From contig NC_068982.1 of the NCBI RefSeq assembly GCF_001194135.2, positions 35,598,506 to 35,662,505 on the forward strand: DNA of 64,000 nt, read 5' to 3'. A model generated the notes under the pieces. The model was not told the DNA's origin. It worked only from the letters and a program-made list of their open reading frames with translations, and ran no database searches. Each line of letters begins with the position of its first letter. Position 1 is the stretch's first letter. Positions 12,343 to 26,577 of the stretch are shown here, piece by piece. The DNA is from Octopus bimaculoides. Its lineage: Eukaryota. The position numbers were made by a program, and so were the translations under genes.

Positions 12343-15300
12343 GTAAGAAGCTTTAATATATCCAATCATGTTATAAGCAACAAACCAAACTTAATTTTAT
12401 TGTATTTCATCAATTTTCAAGTAAGAAAATGTCAGGTCAACAGCACCATAATTTCAACATTCAAAGACATTCCAACAATGACTTCCTCTTCTTATTTTCA
12501 GGCAGAGTGCATTCGAACTACATTATCCAATATGTCCTTTTTCTTTGTAAGATGGTATATTATGATTTGAAGAATATTTAGTTGCTATTCCTAACAGGTC
12601 AAGCAACCACATGGAGACTCTTTCATTGATTCATAAAGTTTGAAGTTAATGTCTAAGCCAGTGGGTCTTAACTGCAGTCTTTATAAGATTTGTTGGGTGG
12701 GCATGCAAGCAAATTAATATTTTATGGATCCATGAAAAATGTTTGCTGTAGATGCATTTATTGCAAGAAACAGCTAGGTTTCTTTCTCTAACATTTTACA
12801 TAGTTCAACATGTTTCTGGCCACTGAAGTATGTTCTCTCAGAGAGTAGTGTTATTGCAAACCTGCACATGTGAATGTGTCAAAAACAAAATAGGTATTTT
12901 TTGAAAGAAGTATCTATAAAACTGGATTTTAAATATCAAATGGCTGCAGAGTTCCACCAGAATAAAATAGTAATTAAACCAACCAATAGGTAAGAAAAAA
13001 AAAAACAGTTGAGAAACATTGGTCTTAGCATTGACAGAGAGGGAGGGGCACTTCTAACAAGCTGTTAAACAAAATTAGTCAGTATACATTCACCATTAAT
13101 TTGAACTGAACAAACTACAACCACATACTCTAAAGTGATCAAGAGATTAATTGCGTCTTGTTTTCTTCAAAAAGCACCACTGCTCATCCAGAGCAGGTTA
13201 CAACTTACATTGCTCTCCTCTTGCTCTTGCTCTTGCTTTAAGTTCATCCACACTCTCTGTAGCATTTTGTGGTGTTTAGTACTTAATGTAGATCTCTGTT
13301 ATCAGTGAGCAGTCACTGCTAATCAGGTAAGTAGTAGGATTTTTAATCAATCTACTTAGAAGTTTGCTCTTTGATTTAGGTTGCTAATTAAAGCTTAGTC
13401 TCAGCTAGGTTCTTCCATATATAAGGCTGAAGTTTATTTAGACAATTCAACAACTGAAATACAGTTGTTGAGTGCATTTTTATGCAGTCCACCAATATCT
13501 TCAACTATTGCTTCCTTGACATCATTCTCTAATTAGTGATATTTTTTATTTATTTATTCATTTATTTTGCTGTAACAACTAATTAAGCCATAAATCTAAT
13601 TTAAGTGTTTATTTAATAAGGATTAGTCACACTGTATGTAGGAAGGCTATTAATATCAAATTTCATTGTGATGGTGGTTTTCTAGTTGCAGAGAGGATGG
13701 CAGAAGGGGTGGGATGGGGGAAAGCAGCAGTGATGGTTGTATGAAGAAGATAGTAGCAGTGTTAATGGTTGGTGGTTGTTTGTGATTACCATAGTGAAGA
13801 GGAAATGTTGTTATCATTGTAATGAGGTGTGAATGTTTGTGAGGTTGTGTTGAATCAGGGTGAGGGTGGATAAAGGTGAGTGATTGTGGTGGTGGTGGTG
13901 ATGGTGGGAGAAGTAAGCATTTGTTTATCATTGTAGTTGTGCTGATAATTTAGTAATTAAAACATGCTTGTGTATGTACATACTTATATATAATATACAT
14001 ATATATCTAATATAAATATAATCTATATATCTAAAATAAATATATATAATGTAAATATAATATATATATAAATGTTGTGTGTGTGTGTGTATTATTGTAG
14101 AGTTTACAGTTATAGTCACAACATTGGTGGTAAAAGTTACATACAGATACCAACAGTTGAAAAATATGAATGGTGGTGATGGTGACGATGGTGGGGGTTG
14201 GGGTGGTATTGCTCTAGTAATAATTATAGCAGGAAAAAGAGATACATACTTGTAGGTAAAAGCTATGGTTATCTATAAAAAAAAAAGATTTAAATAATTT
14301 TATTCTGCTATCAATAGTTCTAAATTCTTTTTTTGTAATATAGAACTGGTAATTATTATGATTTATATTTTGCTATAAACAACTAATAAGCCAAACTATT
14401 GCTAGTATTCCAAGGATAAAAGGTATAATATAATACTATAATATAATACTAGTATTCCAAGGATAAAAGGTATATAATCAATCCAGTCATCTATACTGTG
14501 TTATTAGTGTTTATTTTATTAGTGCCTGGAAAAGCTAAGAGCTGAATCAGTCCTAGCAGGATTTTAAACTTACAACAGTGAAGTACCAAGCTAGATGTTG
14601 TAAAGCATTAAATCATGTTTTCTTGTGTCTTAGTTATCTTCCCTGTTTTGTGTTCAAAAGTTCCTTCTATGGTAGTCACAAGACCTGAAATCTTGGAAGG
14701 GTGGGTTAGTCGATTACATCAACACTAGTGCTCAACTGGTACTTATTTTATTGATCCCAAAAGTTGAAAGGTAACGTGAACCTTGGTTAAATTTGAACTC
14801 AGAGCATAAATTTAAAAGAAATGCTGCTGAGCATTTTGCCTTTGGTTTGCATTCAATGATAATTGTTAACCTCTTAGGTGTGTATTTATATATGCATATA
14901 CATGTGTGTGTGTATGAATATTCTTTTCTACTCTAGGCACAAGACCTGAAATTTTGGGAGAGAGGGCCAGTTGATTAGATCGACCCCAGTATGCAACTTG
15001 TACATAATTTATTGACCCCAAAAGGATGAAAAGCAAAATCGACCTCAGCAGAATTTGAACTCAGAACATAAAGACAGACAAAATACCACTAAGCATTTCA
15101 CCCAGCATGCTAACATTTCTGCCAGATCGCCACCCTTGTGTGTATGAACATTGTCTGAGCAGACTGACTGTTTATATTCTCCAGTTAGAAAATTCCTAAA
15201 GTATCAGCAGTTCATCATGTTTGACATGTGATTACAATGCAAGGAGAATACCTTACTCAAAAAACAGATATGGGTTGGTGACAGGAAGACCATCTGGCAA

Positions 15301-17149
15301 TAAATAAAAACTTCCTCAATGAGCTTTGACTGACCCATGCCAACATGGGAAAATGAACATGAAAATAGTGATGATAACAACAATGGCAACAACCTAGCTA
15401 TCATGAAACCTTCTAGACAAAAAGATCCTGAAAGCAATATTTTTACAGCTACTAAACAATAGAGTAATGAATATAATTCCAATTGTAATATATCTCCAAA
15501 TCAATTCTAATTGGTCAAATTTGTTTTATTATCTGCCAAATTGACATTTTTATTGACAGATTGCTTTTACAGTTGTTACTAAACGATGAGTTTATTTGGC
15601 CATTTAAAAGCAAAGTAGCAGGAAAGAGAAAGATAAAAAGGGAAAAAGAAAGAAAAGGAGAAAAAAGTGCAGGGGGAAGTAGCAGGAGAGGGTGATGGGC
15701 CACATATCTCAGAACAAATGGTGTGCTCGGCCATACCCTGCAGTAATGACCGTGATGGCATCGCCACAGAGAATGGCCTGCAGTGCTCACTGCAGCAATC
15801 ATTCTACCTTGTAGGGCTCATTTCTCTGTCAGGCTGCCATTATTCCTGTTTTCCAGAGGAAATCGATAGTTCAGGGTACTAAGACATGTAATCCAATTAT
15901 CTAATATTTTCCTTCTTAAAATGGTAGATATGACATGATAGAGATTTGACTGCTGTTTCTGGCAACTAGCGACCACACAAAGGCTCCCGCTTTAGCTTGA
16001 AGAAAATACGTTATACCTGTCTGTATTGTATTGCTCTTGTCTTTTTTATTTATTTATTAATATTATTGTTGCTTGTGTTTTTGCTGTGGCTTGTTTCGTT
16101 AACTTCCTTCGGGCATTGCTGTAGTATTGATATCATTATGGTATCAGATGTGCCAAAACATTCCAGATTTCCAAATTCCTCTGTGGCATGTTTGAAAAGC
16201 TACTAATATACTTCAAAACTTCACTGCCATTTTATCTTGTATCTTTTGACTTCCTTAATTTCATTGCAAAAACCATTTCTCTCTCTCTCTCTTATTCATT
16301 ATTTATTTATTTATTCCTGTCTGCCTTCTCTGTCAGGAATTGAGAGAATTCTAATTTGATACCATTCTCTATCTATTTTCCTATTATTATCATTATCATT
16401 ATCTCCATCAACATCAGTACCATCATCATCATTATTGTTGTCATAGCCATCATCATCATCTTCGTCACTATCATCATTCTAGTGGCAAGCAATCTACTTT
16501 TAATTCCTAGTCATAGTTAATTCATTTCTGGTGTTTGCTCTTTTCCCAAGGTATAAATTAAGCATATTAGACAAATATATTTCCTATTGGCACAAGTGTG
16601 GCAATGTGGTAAGAAATTTGCTTCCCAACTTCATGGTTTCAGGTTCAGTCCCTCTGCGTGGCACCTTGAGTGTCTTTTGTAGTCCCAGGGCAATGAAAGA
16701 CTTGTGAATTGGGTAAATGAAAAATGAAAGAAGCCTGTCGTGTATGTGTGCGTGTGTGTGTTTATATATATATATATGTATGTATTTATGTGTGTTTGTC
16801 TTTGTGTCTGTGTTTATGTCTCTGTAACTTAGTGGTTTTAAAAAAATGTACTGAGGCTGATTCATTCAACTAAAAGTTTTCCAAGGTGATGCCTCAGCAA
16901 GATAAAAGAGCTATGTGTGTGTGTGAGTGAGTGTTTGTATTGCATGTCTTGACATATCATGTAGTTGTAAACGATTGTCACTGTCATACAAGCAGTGTCA
17001 TTCACTCACAATACTCTGCAAGAAAATACCTGGCCATTGGGAAATGCACCCAGTCATAGAAAATCTCCTTCAATAAATTCCATTTGACCCATGCATGCAT
17101 GGAAAAGTAGATGTTGAAATGAAGTGATGATGATGATATACATGTATGT

Positions 17150-17690
17150 AGGCACAGGAGTGGTTGTGTGGTAAGTAGCTTGCCTACCAACCACATGGTT
17201 CCAGGTTCAGTCCCACTGCATGGCACCTTAGGCAAGTGTCTTCTACAATAGCCTCAGGTCAACCAAAGCCTTGTGAGTGGATCTGGTAGACAAAAACTGA
17301 AAAAAGCCTGTCATATATATATATGTTTGTGTGTCTGTGTTTGTCCTCCCACCATCACTTGACAACCGATGATGGTCTGTTTATGTCCCCGTAACTTAGC
17401 AGTTCGGCAAAAGAGACGGATAGAATTAATTCCCTTTCAATCTTTTCAGTTCAGCAATGTCTTATGTTGTTTTGTAGAATGTTGCATCATTTCACTTAAC
17501 GACACCCGTAATCAATTCAGAGATAGGCTCCTAAGGCTGGTATAGAGTTATACGAAATTTCACTACATGTAGCTAATATTTGAAATATGACCACCTTAAC
17601 CCTTTAGTATTAGGCTTAGAAAGAATAAGTCCTGGGGTCAATTCGTTTGACCCATTCAAGCATGAGAAAAGTGAACATTAAAATGATGAT
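17150..17690 (+). mobile_element. tRNA/CORE-like SINE family B, interrupted by a 190-bp insertion
   Basis: ggttgtgtggtaagtagc...ggttcagtcccactgcatggcaccttaggcaagtgtcttctac, with an internal (TA)n. Other copies at about 16587-16900, 18135-18290(-), 30445-30830, 37480-37610(-), 47248-47620, 52545-52700(-), 53440-53850(-), 56010-56370, 59420-59780. Confidence 0.85.
17424..17611. repeat. inverted local duplicate of 23518-23715
   Basis: About 190 bp, differing only by two small indels and a few substitutions. Confidence 0.92.
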
Positions 17691-19159
17691 ATGAAGGAGT
17701 GACAAAATCAAGAGAGTGCTGGTTTAAATGCATTACAGTATTTACTTATGCCACTTGACAGTCCAAGTTCAAACCCTACCAAAATTAGCTTTGACTGTCT
17801 TGTACTAAGTGGTGGGACTTGCACACACACCTATTTATCATCATCATCATTTTAACATCCACATTTCCATGCTGGCATGAGTGGGCTGGATGGAATTTCT
17901 CGAGGTGGATTTTCTTAAACTGGATGCCTTTCCAGTCACCAACCTTCACATTTCCCCATGGCCATACATGCTTTCACAGAATATTGACAACAAAGGAAAT
18001 CACTAGTATGATGGTGACACTTGCTTGTTATTGTCACATGGTATGAATGGCAAGGAGATAGTAACACACACACATGCATGCACACACACATACACACACA
18101 CACATGCACACATGCATATGTACATGCATGCATGACAGGTTTCTTTCAGTTTCCATCTACGAAATCCACTTAGAAGGCTTTGGTCAACCAAGGGCCATAG
18201 TAGAAGACACTTACCCAAGGTGTCTTCTACTACGTGGGACTGAACCCAGAACCAAGTGGTTGGGAAGCAAACTTCTTACCACACAACGATGCTTGCTCAT
18301 CATTTCATATTTACATCTGGTTATTCATTTAATCCAGTTTTTTCAAGTCATTGCCCCCCCTCCTCCATACCTAAATAAACCATTATTACTGTTACCATCA
18401 TCATTATTTGTACCATATGTTGGTTAATAAGGAAAGAATTCACCTGAAAGCTCTAAGTCCCTTCTGACTTCATTAATGATTTCAGTAAGGCAATGGAGAT
18501 AGATTTATGTAAATATTGTTTAACCCTGAGTCAACCCTGACCCAACAGACCAATGATGAAAAACATTCCAATGCGACCTCTTTGTTGTTGACAGTAGGTT
18601 TGGTGATTTGGGAAAAATATGGCTGCTCTTTCTACCTGGTCAAGTGACCACATCACAACACCCTCGTTGGCTCATAATGGTTAAAGATTTTTAAGAAGCA
18701 AAACTCTCACATCATGTATACTGTCTATATTTTCTGTTTATGTCTGCTTATTGTTGGCGTAGGTTTTGCAAGACTTCTTGAGACAGCACTTTCTGGTGTC
18801 AGCTCTTCTTTCTAATTATGGTGTTCTATTCTATGTCTTGCTACTTTAAACTACTGTTGGTCATTTTGTTTACAGGAGGTGTAAAACCACATCATTGTTG
18901 CCAAAGTAGTGTCAATGGGAAGATACACATCACAAACACACATGATGATGATTTGAGAGAGCTGTTAGAATTTGGGATGTGCCTCACAATAATTCCATAC
19001 CAAGTTCACATACTAAGTGTTGGGAGTTCAAATCTTGGCAAATCAAAAAACATAAAAATAAACAAGCTTTTGACGGTTTTATAGATATTTTGAAATTATA
19101 ATGCTAGGTGTTTCCATTATTTTGTCCAACCCCTATATATATATATATATATATATAAA

Positions 19160-19195
<36 letters not shown>

Positions 19196-19751
19196 GTATA
19201 TATGATTAATCCGCCTTCTCTCCAACCTTCCCACATATCTAATTTAATGTGTGTGTGTGTGTATGCATTACACACAGACACACACATTAATCAGCCATTT
19301 TTTTCAACATTGCCACACATGTATAGTTTAGTCTAATCTATCAAATCTCACCCTGCTTTTCACTTTTATTAGCACAAACATCAGGCAAGTCATCAATTTA
19401 AATGTGCATTGCTGTGGTGATATTGGTGCAGGTGATACTTCTTCTTCTTCTTCTTCTTTTCCTCTTCCTCCTCCTCCTCCTCCTCTTCCTTCTTCTTCTT
19501 CTTCTTCCGTTGTTGTTGTTAAGGCTGTAATCTGGCTGAATCCTTAGTACAGTGGACAAAATGCTTAGCAGCATTTCATCTGTCTTTACATTCTGAGTTC
19601 AAATTCTGCCAAGGTTGACTTTGCCCCTTATTTCTTCCGGGTTGATAAAATAAGTACCAGTTGAGCACTGGGGTTGATGTTATCAATTTATCCCCTCCCC
19701 TAAAATTTCAGGCCTTGTGCCTATAGTAGAAAGGATTATTATTATTATTAT

Positions 19752-20135
19752 GTTGTTTTTTTTTTCTTCTTCAAATTTTCTTCCATTTTTTGATGAGTGT
19801 TTTCCGTACACCTAGGGCAGAGAAACTCATTGTATGCATTCCCAGTTTACACACAAATTCACAGGTAAAATATGTATTTTTAAAAAAATCCATAAATAAA
19901 TAAATTCATGAATGGATGTTGTTTTCACAGCGATAATGCTCTTCTCAGTACATGAGTCGTTCCAGTTAGCACGATTTTTTGCACTTCCTGTAGGAATGGT
20001 AAGCCTCATATCATTTTCAAATAGGTTTCAGTACCTTTTTTTATCATTCCTAGAGATCCTACAATCACTGGTACAGTAGTTGCCTTGAGGTGCCACATTT
20101 TTTCAATTTCTATTAGCAAGTCTTTATATTTACTG
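19752..20135 (-). mobile_element. R4/Dong-clade non-LTR retrotransposon, 3' fragment
   Basis: SKYKDLLIEIEKMWHLKATTVPVIVGSLGMIKK...EVQKIVLTGTTHVLRRALSL*. Flanked by (ATT)n on both sides. Confidence 0.85.
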
Positions 20136-20176
20136 ATTATTATTATTATTATTAACATGGAAAGCGGACGTTAAAC

Positions 20177-20242
<66 letters not shown>

Positions 20243-21309
20243 CTTAATGTCTGTGAGCTGGCAGAAACAGTACTCCGGGCGAAATGCTTAGCAGTATTTC
20301 ATCTGTCTTTACATTCTGAGTTCAAATTCCGCTGAGATCAACTTTGCCTTTCATCCTTTCAGGGTCAATAAATTAAGTACCAGTGAAACACTGGGGTCGA
20401 TGTAATCGACTAGTCCCCTCCCCGAAAGTTTCAGACCTTGTGTCTATAGTAGAAAGAATTATTATTATCATCATCATTATTATTAATATTATTAAGCCGA
20501 AGAGGTGGCAGAATTGTTAGCACGCTGGACGAAATTTCACCTGTTGAGTTCAAATTCCACTGAGGTCGACTTTGCCTTTCATCCTTTCGGGGTCGATAAA
20601 ATAAGTACCATTTGAAAACTGGAGGTTGATGTAATTGACTCATCCCCACCTCTCCCAAACTGCCCTTGTGGCAAAAATTTGAAATAATGATTATTATTAT
20701 CATTATTATAACGATGAGCTCATAGAATCATTAGTATACTGCTTAGAAGCATTTCCTCTAGCTCTTTACATTCGAAGTTCAGACATCACTAATGTTAACT
20801 TTGTCTTTCATCTTTCTGAGATTGAGAAAATAAGTACAAGTTGAGCATTGGGGTCAATGTAATTGGCTTGCTCCTACACCTCAAAATTGCTGGCCTTGTG
20901 CCAAAATTAGAAAGAATTATTCATCATTACCATCATGTTTTCCATTGGCTGAACAGGTGCTTTGACAGGTGCTGACCAAGCAGAGATATGCACCAGGCTC
21001 TATTTTCTGTTTTAGCATGGTTTTGTACAGCTTGGTACCCTTCCTAATGCCAACCACTTTAATAGGCAGTGGATTGCCAGTAAGTGCACTGGAAAAAATG
21101 CCATGTGTATTTCTTCTGACAGTTTATGTTCTCAGATCAAACTGCACTAGAATGAACCTTGTCTTTCATCTCTGTAGGATCAATAAAATATAGAACCTGT
21201 AAAATACTGTGACCAACTTAATTGTCCTCCTTTCAAAATTATTGGCGTTATTCCTAATTTACAGACAGTTATAATATTATTTTCATGGTGATTATTGTAT
21301 CGTTTCCAG

Positions 21310-21392
21310 GTTGCCCGACATGTGCACAGCATCAACATCTGCAGAAAATGTATGAAAAAATGCAGAGCGATATCCAAGATTTGAATAAAAAA
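21310..21392 (+). CDS. NELL: NELL-like exon 2 (CPTC motif and coiled coil), phase 1-0
   Basis: tttccag|GT TGC CCG ACA TGT...AAA AAA|gtaagt. Translates (S)CPTCAQHQHLQKMYEKMQSDIQDLNKK; CPTC followed by a coiled coil is the NELL hallmark. Confidence 0.92.
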
Positions 21393-22295
21393 GTAAGTTT
21401 AACATATGAAGACATTTTGGGATTTTTTTTTTATCACCAGGCCAGCATATGATCAAAGACATCCCAGCCATGACCATCCTGTCTTTATCCTAGAAAATGC
21501 AAAGAGTTTGATATTATCATCATCATCATCATTTAATGTTTGTTGTCTATGCTGGCATGGGTTGGACAGTTTGACCAGGACTGGTAAGCTGAGGGACTGC
21601 ATCAGACTAAGTCTGATTTGGCATCTATATATGTGTGTGTGTATACATATATATTCTTTTATTTTTTTTAAGATGGTAACATGATTTGAAGGAGATTTGG
21701 CTGTTGTTTCTAGCAGACAGCCAGATACGCCTTCATTTGTCGTTCTTCGGATTGTTGCTGCTACTGCTACCATTTATGTTGTTATTCTAATATTAACGGC
21801 TACCTCCACTTGCTACAATATATATGTATTGTGTTGACAGTGACACAGTATTTAATGGTGATTACATCTGTTGTTATTGTTGTCTGACCCTACCCAGGGC
21901 TCTCTTAACAATACTATAGTACACCATGCAAAGTAAAGTGTTGGGACCCTTACATTTATTTATTTTGGTAACATGACAAAGCATACATAGATTATCATTA
22001 GTCCCCTAGACCAGCAGTGATCTCTACCCAACTACCTTGTGTACCCATAGTACCCATGCTTTAGGATAGCACTGACTCTACCCTGGTGCAACTCTGAGCA
22101 GGCTTACAGTCATAGACATTTCAGCTGTAACCATCTTATCTTTTTTGTATATCACAGTTATTACATTATTCAATGTATCCTTCATTTTTAAAGACAAAAG
22201 AGATTTGAAGGAAATTTAACTGCTATTTAGCAAGTCAATTATAGAGATACTAATGTCAATAAAAATAATGGAAACTTGGACAAGATATAGGCACG

Positions 22296-22745
22296 TCATC
22301 ATCGTTTAACGTCCGCTTTCCATGCTAGCATGGGTTGGATGATTTGACTGAGGACTGGTGAAACCAGATGGCTACACCAGGCTCCAATCTGATTTGGCAG
22401 AGTTTCTACAGCTGGATGCCCTTCCTAACACCAACCACTCCGAGAGTGTAGTGGGTGCTTTTACATGCCACCGGCACGAAGGTCAGTCAGCTGGTACTGG
22501 CAACGGCCACGCTCAAAATGGTGTATTTTATGTGCCACCCACACAAGAGCCAGTCCAGGGGCACTGGCAACGATCTCGCTCGAAAGTCTTCGCAAGCTGA
22601 GTTTCGTGTCCAATGAAGGAGACGATGTTGGCATGGGGGCCAGTCGTCGAATTTAGTTCGGTTTCGATTTCACTTGCCTCAACAGGTCTTCGCAAATGGA
22701 GTTTAGTGTCCAATGAAAGAAAGGTACGCATAAGTGGGCTGGCTA
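22296..22745 (-). mobile_element. RTE-tail non-autonomous repeat with (GAT)n tail; near-identical copy at 58970-59270
   Basis: catcatcgtttaacgtc...catgctagcatgggttgga...ctggatgcccttccta..ccaacc. Degenerate relatives at about 17830, 21510, 22940, 25500, 27350, 52300. Confidence 0.75.
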
Positions 22746-24033
22746 CACCCACATAATTTTGTTTTCTGTTCATCATTCAAATTCATTTTTTCAAACTATC
22801 ATGACAGTTTATGTATTTGTCTCATCATTGTTAAAAGTCAAAATTTTTTAGGAAGAATAATTTACAGAACTTCTGATGAGCCCATAAATAAAATTATTTA
22901 TTTCATGCTGGTGTAGCTTACTACAGGAGTTGTATTATCCTCATCATAATTTAACACCCATGTTTCATGCAGGCATGAGTTGGATGGTTTAAGAGTATCT
23001 GATGGGTTCAAGGACTGCATCATGTTCCAGTGTTTGCTTTAGCAGGATTTCTACAGGTGGATGGTCTTCCTAATGCCAACACTTTATGTGTACTGCATGC
23101 TTTTTTATGCCATCTGCACTTATGAGTTCACCGTACAACTTACAAGACTATGAAACCTTGTGGGGTGGAGAATATGGAGGACAGGGAATAGAAAATATCG
23201 TCTCTTTCTTTTAATACTAAGAATTCCTCAAAGATTTTGATTAAAAAATGTCTCTAAAACAGTCAAGATAAATTCTATTTCTCTATGATTTGTGCATAGC
23301 AAGTCATTGTAATTAACCCATTAGCATTTAAACCAGCCATATTCAGCCAAAATATTCTTCCTGTTTTATGTTCAAACTAACCAGATCTGGCTTCTCACAC
23401 CTACCCTACAATGTCATTCTAAAAACAAATAAACAAATCATTGAAAGCTATGAGATAATGTATAATTAATTCAAAACAATGTGAATGAATTAGCATTGCA
23501 TTTGAAAGGGTAATCTGAATGCTAAAAGGTTAAGGTGGTCATATTTCAAATATTAGCTACATGTAGTGAAACCAATTTCGTATAACTCTATACCAGCCTT
23601 AGGAGCCTATCTCTGAATCTGAATTGATCAAGGGTGTGGTTAAGTGAAATGATGCAACATTCTACAAAACAACATAAGACATTGCTGAACTAAATAGATT
23701 GAAAAGGAATTAATTTTTCTAAAGGAAAGGAAGTAAATGTATTATCAAGTTTGTTTTAAAAAAATAACATTTTTCAATATATTGAATGTAAACAGATTTT
23801 GTTTGTTTGATTTTGGCTTATCATTTCGATTTTGGGGGATTTTCTTTTCTGTTTATATCCTATCCATCTTTGTTCACATTTGTATTCAGTATATTCAATA
23901 AGATGAAATTATATAATAATGGAAATGTAGGAAAGAAATGCCAGTACTTTTATTTCTTTTTCTTCTTTTTCCATTCTGTAAACTTTATTACATGTATATG
24001 TTATTGATTAATGAAATTGTTTCCATATTTCAG

Positions 24034-24162
24034 CTTCTGCAGGCAGAAGAAAGATTGTTGAAAGTGGAACAGTCCCCTTGTCATTATTGCATTTATAATG
24101 ATACAATGAAAAAAGAGGGGGAGAGGTGGAGCCCTAACAAGTGTACAGTTTGTATATGCAAG
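24034..24162 (+). CDS. NELL: NELL-like exon 3 (end of coiled coil, start of VWC1), phase 0-0
   Basis: tttcag|CTT...AAG|gttggt. LLQAEERLLKVEQSPCHYCIYNDTMKKEGERWSPNKCTVCICK, with the VWC W...C-x-x-C-x-C pattern. Confidence 0.93.
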
Positions 24163-26349
24163 GTTGGTTGAAAATAACATTTAAATTCTTCAGTAATAAT
24201 CATGGTTTTCTTGACTTGTTGCCAATTGTTGCATTATGTTTAGGATTAGAATTTCCTCTTTATTTAAACCAGCTTGGTTACAAATCAGGCATTTTAGGAT
24301 TTAGAAATTTGTAACCTTTGGATATCTTTTATTGATTATTAAGTGACGTCCCTTTAACATTGTGTCTTATGGGGCACCAGAGAAGCCTTGTCTTTGCTTG
24401 AGGATTTGAAGGGGGATACATAATGGATTTTTTGCCAGGAGGTTGGGGTTTTATGTTTTTTTTTTTTTTATCCTTGGGTTGGTTTGTGCTCAGCAAATTA
24501 ATGAAGTACTTTTTAATTAAAGTGACCTTGCTACCTATAGTAATGAACTGCACTTCCCAACAGTAGCTGTTTTCTGTTAGATAAACAGCCATTGAAAGTT
24601 TAATGTTTAGTGTTAAGGATATAGTGCAGCATGGGTTACAGACATCTTATTGACTCAGCTAGCTTTGGCACTTATCCATGAATAACATACCTTTGTTTTT
24701 GTTCATCTGGGAGGGAATGGATACAACAATATGTTGTGTAGATTTTGCCAAGATAGACAGTTGCATGAAGTTAGTGCAGCTGATATTATATTTAAAGTTA
24801 GTTATTCATAGCATGGAGACTCCACGGAAATTTAATTTTATAACAAGAAAAAAAAGATGATGGAATATTGTCCTAAGGAAAAACTGAGAAGAAAAACATG
24901 ATTCAAGTTTGAGTGAGAAGAAAGAGTTGATGCAATAAATAGCTGTGAACAGAGATAGAATGGAATCTGCCAAAGTAAAAAAGTTTAAAGAAATTACAGA
25001 AATGGTACAAGACTAAGAATACAGAGTACAAACATGTGTATTTGGTGTGAGGTTACAAATAAAGCAGAATGTGTTAAAGTGGATATAATCCAAGGATTTA
25101 TCATAGAAATCAGAGTTTATATTTTTTATTGAGATTAACCATCTCTTAATAAATTGTAATCTTTGGAGTTTTTTTTAGATTGATTTTACTCATTGATAGA
25201 ATTCATTAAAGATAATTTCTAAGGAATAAATTTGTCTTATCAATGCTGTGAATTGGAAGAACTGTAAAAATGTTAAACTGGATGCCTTGTATATTTGTTG
25301 CAGCTCTTTGCATTCTGAGTTCAAATCCTGCCATGGCCTTTTTGTGTGGAGTACATTTAATCCATTAACCAGTTTAATACCACCATTCTGTTACAAGCAT
25401 TCAGGACACATTTCTGATTTGAAAATACCTTCCTACTTCCCATCAGCCTTTGAGAGTCTCTGTTACAGATCGTGAATGCAGCCTTCCTTCCTCCTCCTCC
25501 TCTTCATCACCATTTGATGTCTATTTTCCATGCTGGTACGGGTTGAACTGTTTGACAGGAACTGGCCGGTCAGAGAGCTACACCAGGCTCCAGTCGTCTG
25601 TTGTGGCATGGTTTCTACAGTTGGATGCCCTTCGTAGTGCCAATTACTTTATAGAGTGTACTGGATGCTTTACACATGGCACCAGCACAAGTACTTTATA
25701 CATGGCACCAGCATGGGTGCTTTTTACATGGCATCGGTACAGGTGCATTTTATGTGACATCAGTATGGGTGCTTTTTATATAGCATCAGCATGTAATGAT
25801 TGAAAACAAAAACTATCTTTACATAGCCATTTCAAGAGCTTGTGCCCCTAACTGTATCATGATCATGGTTTGTGATGAATCAAGATCAAACAAAGAAGTA
25901 TACACAAAGAATGTTGAATACCAAGAAGTGCTTTAAGAGCTTGCATCTTTATAAATTTATACGTAATATATATTTTATGATTATTTATTTATTATATATT
26001 ACAATATACATTTTTGAAATAAAGTTAATCAAAATGAAGTTAATCAAAGTTTCATATTGAACAAGGTAATTCAAAATGAATGGTCCACCATTACAGGGTG
26101 CACCTAGTTTGACATGCTGTCCATTTGGTTGTTTGTTACTGCAGTTGAAAGAAGAGATACCTGACATCATTATGCAGCAAGATGAGTCCCACCACATTGG
26201 TATAGACATGTAGGCAATTAGCTCAACTGGCATCTTCCAGAAGGCTGGATTGGCTGTGCTGGGGTGAATGATTTGCCATTGATGGTCTCTCCTCCTTCTT
26301 TCATGTTACTTCTTTATTTTTGCAATACATTCATTACACCACTCACATG

Positions 26350-26577
26350 TACAAGATGGTGGGGTGCTGAAAAGTTTCTGGCTTTGGGTAACAGAAAATA
26401 CAGGAGAATCCATTAATTATGATTTTTTTTCAAAATATTCCCCTCTCAGATTCACACACTTATTGCAGCAGTCCTTCAGTTTTTCTAAGCCCTGTAAAAG
26501 AATTCAGAAGGTTGGGCCTCCAGATAGGCCTTTCACGATACTCTTAGAGCCAAGAACTTTTCAGCACCCAGCTCATA
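26350..26577. mobile_element. mariner-type MITE
   Basis: TIRs gggtgctgaaaagtttctggct / agccaagaacttttcagcaccc, near TA ends. Confidence 0.8.

Noticed and set aside
22340-22690. ctgagga...gaaac (+) and ctgttga...gaaac (-) hammerhead look-alikes
   Set aside because: Stem II, stem III and the cleavage triplet cannot be formed.
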